Shown here in pieces: positions 1 to 11,500 of a stretch of DNA of 64,000 nt. Origin of the DNA: Leptogorgia sarmentosa (lineage: Eukaryota); contig OZ210884.1 of NCBI GenBank assembly GCA_964658305.1, forward strand, positions 2,666,001 through 2,730,000, in the 5' to 3' direction. The position numbers were made by a program, and so were the translations under genes. The stretch's first letter is position 1; each line of letters begins with the position of its first letter. The notes beneath the pieces were generated by a model. It had not been told where the DNA came from. It worked only from the letters and a program-made list of their open reading frames with translations, and ran no database searches.

Positions 1-234
1 ATGCTCTATCTTTTTTCTGTAAGAGCTTTGTAATAATTTTTGGTACTTTTCTAGTAGCTAGCTGTACGGCGACTAAATTAGTAGTTCTTAAATAACTAAT
101 AACAGCTAGCAGTTCAAGATACTTTTTGAAGCAGAAATTGAATAGATTTTCTCCATTTTAAATATCCGTGCTTAAAATATATAACAGCAATACAATAATA
201 AACAACTTCTATTTTTTACCTTTATTTTTTTAAG

Positions 235-2098
235 GCGAAGTGGATTTTGGTCCAGAAGTCGAAGGCCAAGTGTGAGAACTCCTAGCGTTAGGATACCAAC
301 AATCCGAAAACCTGCTTTAAGGTAAATGAACATTTGAACAGACATGCATGTAGCTACACCCTATTTTCTAGAAATACATACATGCAGCAAAGGCAAAGCA
401 ACGTACATTATGCATTTTAATAAATACTTTCCTAAATTTTATAATTACATTTTCTGGCCAAAAAATACAGTAAAATATATAAAGCGGCTTTGGGGTCTAG
501 TTCCCCCAAATTCGAATTTACAGCAAAACTTGTGGATTGTTGTGTCTCACTTATTTGTCCAGCCTGGAAAAAATGCACATTCTGCCTTAAAACTACAGAA
601 AAACAAAAATAACTATATAAGCCTAAAAGCACTTTGATGATGAAAATTGTGGGGAAAGTATTATTCTTTTTGTAATTTTATTAATTTTGGTTCAGACGAT
701 CCAATTGGTGGTCTAGAAGAACGCCAACCCCCGTGAGGACACCCAGGGTCAGGAAACCGACTTCGAGGTAAGAAACATGGTGACTTTCCGAAACACCGTA
801 CAAAAATAATAGTACTTTAGTTTTCAGGGGATAAATGAATTCACGAATCTGATACAGATTTATTTATATTTGCGCGTCAGGCGTACAAGCTGGTGGTCTA
901 GACGAACTCCAACCAGTGTGAGGACACCAAAGGTTCGGAAACCCAGTTCCAGGTAACAAAAATCTCGAGCTCCTTTCAAAATACCAGCAAATAATTATGG
1001 TACAATTAAGGAATAGAAACCATGACTCAAAATGGCGGTGAAGTAACTTTGGATTCCCCCAAATTCGAATTTTCACCAAAAACCAGTGGTTTGTTGTGTC
1101 TTACTTATTTGTCAAGCCCGGAAAAAATGGATATCCTACCTTAACACTAAAGAAAAACAAAATAACTACATCATTACGCTAAAAGCTTACTTTGATGATG
1201 TAAAATGTTGGGAAAATATTATTTGTAAATTCATTCATTTTGGTTCAGACGTTCCAGTTGGTGGTCTAGAAGAACGCCATCCCCCGTGAGGACTCCCAGG
1301 GTGAGGAAACCGACTTCAAGGTAAGAAACATGGCGACTTTCCAAAACACCGTACAAAACTAATAGTACTTTAGTTTTCAGGGGATAAATAAATTCACGAT
1401 TCTAATACGGGTTTATTTACATTTGTGTGTCAGGCGTACAGGCTGGTTGTTTAGACGAACTCCAGCCAGTGTGAGGACACCAAAGGTTCGGAAACACAGT
1501 ACCAGGTAACAAAAATCTCAAGCTCCTTTCAAAATACCCAGCAAGTAATCATGGTGCAATAATAATATAGTTGTTAGGAAGAATAAAGGAATCACTTTAA
1601 TCAATAAACTCTATTCATTTTAATATGTTAGGCGTACAGGCTGGTTTTTTCGGCGAACTCCATCTAACGTCCGGACGCCAAGTACCAGGTAATAAATATT
1701 GGTTTGATGACTACTGTTTGGTATGAAATATTGTGCCAAAAAAGGATGAAAATTTTCACATTTTTCCAAGTAGAAAAGAAACAAGAAGCATGAACGAAAA
1801 CTTATTTTTAATTTCTTATTCATAAAGATACGCGACGTGATAAAGTTTTTTTTATTTTAATGGCTTTCATAAAATATTTTAACAACGATAGTTTTGTTTG
1901 TCATGTTTGTAATAACAGCATTACGTCGTTTACAACTAACTTATATTATATTTTAACTAACTCGTAAAGAATTACATGACATTTACAATAAGCTACTAAA
2001 GTTAATGTTTATAATATTATACGATGTTGAGGTGAATATTACTAATGTACAAATTCTTTTGCAGGTTTACAGGACCAAATCCAAATTCCAACAGAAAG
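235..2098 (+). CDS. Micro-exon array encoding cationic Arg/Ser/Thr/Pro/Trp-rich repeats; 5' end lies upstream of the window. Exons 235-321, 696-767, 881-952, 1249-1320, 1434-1505, 1632-1688, then probably 2065(or 2073)-2098
   Basis: Each of the six repeat exons has an AG acceptor and a GTAA donor, a length divisible by 3 (87,72,72,72,72,57 nt) and phase 2-2. Joined, they read open: RSGFWSRSRRPSVRTPSVRIPTIRKPALR / RSNWWSRRTPTPVRTPRVRKPTSR / RTSWWSRRTPTSVRTPKVRKPSSR / RSSWWSRRTPSPVRTPRVRKPTSR / RTGWLFRRTPASVRTPKVRKHSTR / RTGWFFRRTPSNVRTPSTR. There is no Asp or Glu in about 144 aa. Confidence 0.8.
500..1560. repeat. Tandem duplication of an approx. 553-bp two-exon unit
   Basis: Exons 696/881 and 1249/1434 are each offset by 553 bp, and the intron sequence is also repeated (e.g. 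CCCCCAAATTCGAATT near 523 and near 1056; GTAAGAAACATGG after both first exons). Confidence 0.85.
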
Positions 2099-2879
2099 GT
2101 AAATTTTTCGTCCGCTATATATCCATTATTTAAATTCAATTATGCTTAACTGCTATAAACCGCATTCAATAAATATTTTATATCTATTTTACACACAAAT
2201 CAGACTTCCGAATAAGGAAATGCAAATAATCTTTCCTTGAGAAAGACCTTTGCAGCATCTTTCCGATTTGGCACTCAATTCAGGGTAAATTAGTGTGACC
2301 TAATGAGGTTGTATGTTTGTCATCAATGCGCAATGTCGTTTTAAATTTTGAAATCCCTCAGACTCGTCAAAATAATCTTGGTATTTAACAATTTTCTTTT
2401 CAAATTTAACATATTTTCCAAAAGGTTTCTTTTCCTTCTTTTTATGATTTGATAAGGTGCAGAATGTAAACAAGCTGTTGAAAGGTAACGTATAGGTTAA
2501 ACTGTTCATAATATCACTGAATGAATGATCCACTGCAGCCACGTCGGATTTTATCCTTAAATATGATAATAGCAGGGCTCGCGAATGTTGTTATATAATC
2601 ACAGCCATAGACAATGACGGATTACTTGCTGCAGCGCCTGTAAGCTAAATTAAATTCGCGGACCTTGGAGGTTGGTTTTTCACAGGTATGCACGTTGTGA
2701 CATCCCGTGTTCTGGGACGTTCAAGTAGTCTATATTCAGACTTCGTGATCCAATGGAGCAACAATACCACTACTTAAATAGTTGAGGAGTCGTTTCTCAT
2801 TTAGAGAAAAGTCAAAAGCTGACGAAACCTTCAAAACCGATAACATTACGGAACTCCCAAAAGCGCGGGGTTTATTGAA

Positions 2880-3590
2880 TTTATTCTAGAAACACATACA
2901 TGCAGCAACCCCTCGCTCGCCTTACTAACGTACCTAGACTACATTCAACTTAGTGCAACTGCAACTATATCTAACAATATAAAGTACTGTAATAATTATT
3001 GTTATAATGATAATGCGGCAATTCAATTTTTTTGAATATTTTTTTAAAATAATTAAAGAAGTACAAAAAACTTTAGATTTTAACCTGAAACATACATGTC
3101 ACACTAATGTCATTAAATTTACATTTGATGTAAAATATTCGCATGAGACGTTTGAGAAACTATATTTTATTTTATGCCACTTTCATCTTTGAAATTAAAC
3201 CACTTTAAGCCAATATTCGTTCATAGTCCTGATATATCTAGTCCGTTAGCATTTTTAAATTAAAAGTCAGTCTTAAATTTACAAAACGTAAACTGAATTT
3301 CTCAAATTAAACTGCAAACAGAATGATTTTAGCTAAGCCTGTCATTCATATCAATACGTATATGTTTTGTATTTCACTGCATGATCGTTTCTCCTGGCTT
3401 TCCGTCTTTTTTTTCAGCATTAATGTATTCAAAAGTGTCTTTAAATTCCTGCAGCAATAGTTTTCGTCTTTGTTTTCGCCTTTTCAATGTCTTTAGTGTT
3501 CGCCTTTCATGATAGTCTGTCATAATTTTGAGATCAGCGATAGCCACCCTTCGACGACGACCCAAAATGGCGCTCAAACTTAGGAACTTC
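2880..3590. mobile_element. Dispersed repeat, unclassified non-autonomous element; inverted copy at approx. 11700-12435
   Basis: CTAGAAACACATACATGCAGCAACCCCTCGC (approx. 2886) is the reverse complement of approx. 12405-12435. CCACCCTTCGACGACGACCCAAAATGGCG (approx. 3544) is the reverse complement of approx. 11700-11735. Confidence 0.6.
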
Positions 3591-4307
3591 AGACTCCGCT
3601 ATGCTGCCATTTACTGGGGGTGGATCCATGATTTTTCGTACTGTACGTCAGGCAAAAATTTTGTTGCTAAACATTGGCAGGGGGGATGAGGAGGATGTTA
3701 TGGGGCGAGGGAATGTTAACTCTTTGTTGAGATAGTGGGAGGAAGCAAGTGAAATCTTATATGTTTTGATTTATAAAATTTGCAGGAAACGTCTGCTTCT
3801 GACAATGTCAGAATGACTATTGACTATGAAACATTTAAGGAATAGAAAACATTTCCCATGTTTACATCGAGTTATGTAAACACGAGTGCAAGTTTTGGTG
3901 AACGAGAAATGTGTTTGACAGTCTCCATAATTGATTTTTATAATACTTTGGAAAATAAATAACCAATTTCCCGAGTTATCGTTTAAGATATCGCAAGGTT
4001 AGTCTTGGTTTAATTGATACTAGAGGTCTCCATGGAATCAGAATGGGGACACTTCGATGGAATTATTCTAAAATTATTTATAAACTCATCCAGAATTACA
4101 ATTATGAAAGTTCGTTAGTCTTAAATAAATAGACATAATTGTATTGTATTTTTAATTAACAAAATTGTTGATGAAATTATACATATTCCAGTGAACAATC
4201 CTAATCCCGCTATACAAGCCATTTATTAATTACGCTAATGTTTATTGAAGGATATACTATAGCTAAGTTGGGGAAGTTAAAGATGTAGGAGCATAATCAA
4301 TTTCAAC

Positions 4308-4502
4308 ATTAATATCATTGAGTCAATCTCCTGGACGCTGATTGGCTAGAAAATTTCAACAACTGTGCGAATTAAAACGAAATTACACGGTTCTCGATGT
4401 ATTGATGAAAAATTGCACTTGTGTTTGTAGTTTATTTCGCCAAACACGCGTGCAATTTTCCATTAATACTTCGAGAACCGTGTAATTTCCTATACGAATC
4501 AG
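4308..4502 (+). repeat. Dispersed repeat; second copy at approx. 63200-63432
   Basis: ATTAATATCATTG..AGTCAAT.TCCTGGACGCTGATTGGCTA and GAACCGTGTAATTTCCTATAC are shared by both sites. Confidence 0.75.
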
Positions 4503-4566
4503 TAATTTACTTTGAAAATTAAGATATTTAATTAAATATTTTCTCTTCTGAAATTCTTTCATTTAG

Positions 4567-5093
4567 GAAAGACGATGTCTAAAACAATCGCGGATTTTGA
4601 GGGAATAGAGCCTAAGGTTTACAAAGATACCAAAGGCTTGCGAACCGTTGGTGTCGGCTTCAACATGGATCAAAAGAATGCTAAAACAACGTTTGAGAAA
4701 TACATACCTAAAACTGAAGTTTCCTTTGACGATGTTCGCCAAGGAAAAAAAAGTATAACCGAGAAGCAAGCCCTGAATCTTTTCCAAGGAACACTGAACG
4801 AAAAAATTCAGACAACGAAACGCATTTTTCCGAAATACGATAAATACCCAAAAGCCGTGAAGACGGCCCTCGTGAATGGAGTTTTCCGTGGTGAATTCAA
4901 AAAAAGTCATCAGACGGTCAAAGATATCAACAACGGTAAATGGGATAAGGTGCCGAACGAATATCTTGATCGAAAAGATTATCGCAACTCAAAACCTGGT
5001 ATAAATGGTGGCATTAAGACACGTATGGATTTTAACGCCAATATCTTCCGCGAATATGCAAAAGAATTGAAAAACCAAAAGAAAAATGGATAA
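4567..5093 (+). CDS. Phage-type (T4-like, GH24) lysozyme/muramidase, terminal exon; ATG-started ORF 4575-5093, 172 aa
   Basis: N-terminal FEGIEPKVYKDTKGLRTVGVG carries the canonical GH24 E-x8-D-x5-T catalytic motif followed by VGVG. The helical C-lobe includes ITEKQALNLF and KTALVNGVF. A strong polypyrimidine/AG acceptor (TTCTTTCATTTAG|G) ends at 4566. Confidence 0.85.
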
Positions 5094-8000
5094 CTGTTAA
5101 GTGTATATGAAATGACTGAAATCAAAAGGAAAAGCAAGAAGAATACTGGACATTGCCTCACCATTCATGACACTTGATTTATTAATTTTACATGGGTGGT
5201 TTAGTTTAGTTTAATTTAGTTTAGTTTAGATTAGAAAGATATTCTCGATCGTTGTATGTAATCAATGTTTGTTTAAAACTTTCGTTCATAATCAACACAA
5301 TATGTTAATAAAGATAAGGAAAAAAAACATGATAGAGTTGCCTGTCCGCTCATTTTTGTCAGCAATATTGCTCCGCATAATTGTGGTTGCAAGCAACTTC
5401 AGGCAAAACAATTCATTCAATATCCATGCTGGCAGCGAGATAGTGTTTATCAACGTTATGATAGTTTTAGGCCCCGTCCTCACAAGTGTGTTTTCAAATG
5501 TGTGCGCTTCCCGGTAAGACAGAAAACACATCAATCGATTCGGGTCCATACTACCGTTTTCGTAGCGTATTCGACTGTCCACACTAAAGCACTTGAACAC
5601 GCTCATCCGATGGTAAAGTGGCGTAAATCAGCAATTTACGTATGTTCGGTGTCTGCCATGTAAATGTAAAAGAGCTGATCAAACGATCTCAAATTTCATT
5701 TCTGCCTCTTATATGGGCTAAACTGTTTTGGCCCTAGCCAAAAGCCGTAAACGACATCTACGAGTGCATTTAGCGCAACAAACTAGCCTATTCGACCCCT
5801 TGCATTTTAAATCAGCCCATTTGAGCAAAGTAGCCCTAGACTTGGCTTAAAGCGATCGTTATAGTAAACGTTTCAGCGCTATAATTGTCATGATTATATT
5901 AGTTTTTATATTGGCATCGTTCAAAAATGGATTGAATCTTTACTTTGAATTGTTTCAGAACTTTGTGAGCTTGTACTGTGAATTCCAAATATAGCCATTT
6001 ATATAAATTTACGCATGATATATTGGCGCAGACTCGCAGAGGGTGCTACTTAAGCGTGATATGTAAATCGTGAGTTGCACCTCGCATTATATCGCAGCCA
6101 TATTTTTCAACTTCATATTATGTTGAATGCTTTACACAAAGAACACACTTTTTAATGAAAATATGCAGTATTTTTCAGATGGATTACATCAGCAATGAAT
6201 GCAATACTAAGGTGAGAATATGTTTATGCTTTATGTTTAATTAAATAATGTAAAAAATAATAAAATATTTCGTATGTTCTATTAATGAATTTTGAGCATG
6301 TGCGCCTGGTTGAAATTTGAATTTGGCGCGTCAAAATCACAGCTACGAATTAAGGCATCACTTGTGTACATTTATTAAGGTCTTAATTTCGTTTGACTTA
6401 GACTTATCTAGGATCGAAAGTCGGGCTTTAACATTGATTATTAGGCAAGTAGCTATATTACAGTTTCTCAGTTGCCTATTGGTTGAACATTATATTTTAC
6501 TAATAATAAAGGCATGACTCTGCTTGGGCGTTTGAGAAAATATAATTTTTAATGACTGCATGACTTGAAATCGGTGCCTGTATACTCGCTTCTGTGATTA
6601 GTTGCTTCTGCCATAAATCGTCATACTTATAATATGAATGAATTGGTATACTATTTACACGAATTCGAATTATTACTTGTGCTGTATTGGTAGCCTGATC
6701 CTATTGTATTTTAGGACCAAAACTTTATACTGCAAGTCTTATGATCTAAAAATATTACAATTCTTTCAAAGCGTATAAAACATATCTGTTGTGGAAATTA
6801 ATATATTTTTTTATTTTTATTTCTGTGGTCTGTACCATGATATACATGGGCGTACCCCAGTGTTTGCCTGGCTGTTGGGCAGAACAATTTTATGTTCTGC
6901 TTACCAGCTTAATATGTTTATGAACATTTTTATGAGTCCTAAACACGAAGTGCAGGTGCGAAGATTTTGTGTAGGAACAGACCTGCACAGATTAGAAATA
7001 TCATTCTTGATATTTTTCTATATATAATATATTTCGCACATAAGTATGCGTATAGTCTTAAGCCTTTCAATTGAATATTGATATAAAAGCCTACCGATGC
7101 ATCCGATTGTAAAAGCATCTAAGAAGTGTTAGAAATTGCGCAGTTTAATATGCACCCTTTGAATGACTAGGATTTAGCGCGCCTCCACACATCAAGTCAG
7201 ACTGTCGTTGTCGACCCGAAACACATGAGTAATTCCTGGAAAAAGATCGGCGCGAGAAAAAAAGTAGCAGGACAGAATATCGGTGACTTCGTAAAGAAGG
7301 GAGGAAAAGATTACTCTCTCTTTGGCGGCAATTGTCACAATGCATCCGAAAAACTCAAGAATAGAGGTTAACGTCGTTGGAACTAAGGTGTATTGAGAAT
7401 GGACGGATGACACGTGGTGTCGCAGGATAATGAGCTACATGCATTATTTGAGAAATCACTCGGGTAATGCTCTATCAGCCCAAAACATAAAAATGTCGAC
7501 AGAGGTTCAATTCAATAGGAACTATATTCATTTTACTCATAAATTATAATGAAGAAATTATTTCTGAATTGGCTCGTTTTGACCATTTTCAACCAAGACA
7601 GAGACGAGGGTCCTATTAAATTCTGTCAAGCTATATTCACGATCATAGCGGACTGCAAAGTCATTATTAATTATCATGGAGGGTTTTACTTGTTGTATGC
7701 ATGCAGGAGTCTACACAGATTACAAAAATATGGCCAATTGTTATGAAAGCGAACAGTAGGCAATGCTTCCTGAACACAGAGACAGACACTCCCACAAAGG
7801 GCCCCTCAGATGCGAGAAATGCTAAAAAAAGGCAATAAAATACAGAGAAACGACTACGGATGGACACACTAAACAGGTTTGTCGTTACTACAAGTTTGTT
7901 GTTATTTGGTTTGCCCAACATAAACTGCTGGGTATTATGAAGAGAAAATTTCAACTTGAAGTAGACAACGTTTTTCCCCCTTGGATTTTCACCAACATCA

Positions 8001-8555
8001 AAGAAATTGGATTTTTTTTTGTACGGTACAGTTTTTAATATCCTGCATACACTTTCACAAGTAATAGAGTAAAAAATACAAATTTATAGATGCATGATAA
8101 ATGCAAATACACAAATCCAAACAACTATTTATCATTATTTTGCCCACAGGGTAGAAAAATAAAACTATAACAATTTCTACAATAATTAAGACATTATCAG
8201 GGCGCATTTTTACGTACAGACTTCTTCTAAGATTGCTATGATTATGTCGAAAACCTACAGTACCAATTCATAACAATATCTGGAACAGATTTTAACAGAA
8301 ATGAGTAGCACTCGATATTCTTTTACTTTAATGACTTGCAAAAAGTTGGATAACTACGTACAACTCCAGCTCCCCATTTTTCGGCCGGACTGACTTCTGA
8401 CATTTAAAATGTGGTTACATAGCGATACATTTAACGTGCAGGTGCAATATATGTCCAAGGAAGGTTGTGCATGGGATTAATAATACTGAGGTATATAAAG
8501 GTATAATTAATAATACTGAGGTATAACGTCAATGTGACATTTCCTGTCGCTCTTA

Positions 8556-11500
8556 TTAGGCCAACGGGACTGGCGTCCATGGACGAGATCGCACAAACAT
8601 TCGGAAATTTTGGTAAGCAAGTGTCAGATTCTGGCCGACAACCACGCCATGTACACTGTTATAATCTTTCCCAGCAACACGTATGCCGATTCCAATAGCT
8701 TGAACTTCTGGCAAGTTGCAATCTATATAAATAGAAAAAGGTTCAGAAATTTTAGCGATAATCATCATTCATCTGATAGTGAAAAAAATAATCTTTTCAA
8801 TGGATGAGAGAGCATTACGAAGGTAAGGGATGAGCAATATGGCAGTTCAGAAAACGCAATGATTTTGAATGTTTCACCTTAATTAAATAAAATGGGAATA
8901 ATAATATATAGTAACTAATTCAATTTAGAACTTTTCTATTGTGTTTGCTGGATTGCGGCTGTTAGCGGTTCCGTTTTGGAAATACCGGACCACAAACGAA
9001 TGGAAATGATTGGCTAAAAAGCATACGGAACTCGACCGGAAACGATTCTCGACCGTTTTAATAAATCCTTTCATTCTTCAAAATGAATGCGATGTTTATA
9101 ATTATGTTTCAAGGATAAAAGTTAGTCTTTATATTGGCAAATCGGAAACGTAAAGAAACCACGAACCTGTATTGTTTTTGGTCACAACTCCAATACGTGC
9201 TTGTATCTCATTCTCGTCACCCACATTGAACCCTATTTCGAAACAGCCCTCCTGAAAGTCATTGACAGAAACAACATCCTCCGTTATAGCATTTATCCAG
9301 TCTTCAGGATTTAGGTCAAGAATTTTCTTTTCAAAGAATAAACTGTGGAAGTTCGGTGCGTTGACAGGGAAAGAAATTCCAAAACTCTCGGAAGACAAAC
9401 AAACTTCGGTAACCTTGGCATCAAAATGCGTGGAGGCCAGCAGATAAGGATTCTGGGACGTCCATCGCCCGGCGTCATACCCTGTGCTATCCTAGAAATA
9501 AATTCAATTTTTCAAAATGGAATCTATTTTTAATAAAAAATTCTAGTATAATACAAAGCATGGGCAACGTGTGCTTCGTATTTTGAAGTTAACGCCCAAT
9601 TGGCCGTTATCTCTCATTGATTTCGAATTTGTGTTTTTGTTTTGACCCCATCACGCACCTAGCGCATGCGCGTGCTCTGCGGGGCCAATGAGCAAATCCT
9701 TCAACGCTTGATATGCTTCCCTCACATCCACGTTTCATGTCGCAGGGGATCGGGATCGCGTTCTATTTAGTAAATAACTCGGTGGTATTATATAAAAAAG
9801 TAGCAGGGCTGATGCACATTTTATAGAATTTGCAGCATTAACATTTTTTACCGTTGATGCGCTCCCATTTGAGTAACCAACGAAGGTCCATCCGTTCCCT
9901 TGGCAAGAATTCGTATCTTCTTCACGGACGCACAGAGTAGCCGTGTGGCCGTCAGCATTTCGTGCTTTTATTCTGTAATTACCGGATCTGGCATCGCTGC
10001 AAATTTAATATGATAAGCGTCAGAGAACAAGGGCGAAAATCCATTCCTGAAAGTGGACGGGACGGTTCTTTATTTTCTTGGAGTTTAAAACTTTCATACA
10101 TCCCTACTACAAGTACGTTCCTACAAGTAATCCAGGAGGGTCGTAGCAGCGTATTCAACCTAGAGGTGGTGACCTAACTTTGGCGCCCAACAAAAATTTT
10201 TTTTCAACAATTAAAACTTCTAAATTTCGGGGGGGGGGGCAATTATATATTCGTCTCCGCTAATGCCTAGAACTGGTGGATCAAGTCCTCCCCTTACCTC
10301 ACGTGTAGCAAAAATATGCAAGAATTAAGTCGGAGTAATATATCTACAAATTTGTTCTGTTTTCAAATCATTCCTCAATTTTCTGCACTTCTATGCTTTA
10401 TTCTCACAATTCACCCAAATCTGACTTCCTTATGGCAGTACCATCACAATCTCTGGCAATCAGGGGCGTCGCGAGGTGGTGTGTGACAACCAACCCCCCC
10501 CCCCCTCCCCCCCCCCCCCCCCAAAAAAAAAACCTGCCATTGTCGGTCAGTTAATCATTGGACGGCAAAACTTTTTCACTGTTCCGGCTCTTGGGTAGGT
10601 CTGATGAATAAATCACATGCTCCATCGCTTAAGCCAATAGAATGTACCACAATTCTTGTCATGGTTAACACGTTTTAACGTTTAAAAACACTCAATTCAG
10701 AGGACATTGTTATGGGTGTTAAACTACTCAGGCTAACCGAAAGTTGTCGGAAATTTTGAGCGGTCGTTAGTTTAAAAAAATGTTTTATCAGTAAACATTT
10801 TTTGATACACCCTGTATATCACCTAAGATAAATCATTAACTGTTTTGATCCGGCACGTCCATTGAACACGCCCATTTGTCGGCAAAATCAGGTATCCACA
10901 CCCCCTCAGTTCAAATACCTTCGCGACTGCCCAGCTGGCAATATTTACGTTTCCAAGAGTTGCATACTTACCAAGATGTCCTGTGTGCTTCCACGCAGTC
11001 ATCGTATAGGACACCTTCGATGAAATCTAGGATATATTTCATGAGACGAATGTTGCAAATATTTCACCGTATATGTTACTGGAGATGTTCCAGCACATGC
11101 TTTGTCTTAAGATGAAGTGTTACATTCAACATGGATTCCATTGGTGATGTCACAATAGGAGTACAAAAAAAAATGGCGAGAAATCAATTCTAAAAAAATC
11201 GTCAAATTGAAATCGGATGCCTGTTTCCTATAAATCAATGTTTTGCTCTTGACTGTTTTAATATCCAATGGCTGAAATATTGGAAGCTAGGAGTGAGAGG
11301 AGAGTCTAAGAATTAATTAGCTGTAAACCTTGCTGAAAGAAATATTAAATTCGTAGATTCTTATCAAAAACCACCATAATACCCATTATTTTCTTTCAAT
11401 GAATGATGTAATGATAACTGCGATTGGCTAATCTCCAGCCACATGAATGTGCAAGTTTATAAATAGTTTTTTTTCTTTCGAGCTTTTTAAATAAACACTA

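Noticed and set aside
690..1690. Regularly spaced repeats resembling a CRISPR-like array
   Set aside because: The units are GT-AG-bounded coding exons with duplicated introns; there are no constant repeats with unique spacers, no cas genes, and the context is eukaryotic.
4563..5164. Prophage or bacterial contamination around the lysozyme, and the antisense ORFs 4563-4910 and 4979-5164
   Set aside because: There is no holin or other phage gene nearby and no operon structure, while a splice acceptor and host repeats flank it. The antisense ORFs are shadows of the real CDS.
6179..6211. Possible isolated 33-nt micro-exon (TTTCAG|ATGGAT..ACTAAG|GTGAGA)
   Set aside because: The splice signals are good, but no partner exons or homology could be identified; insufficient support.
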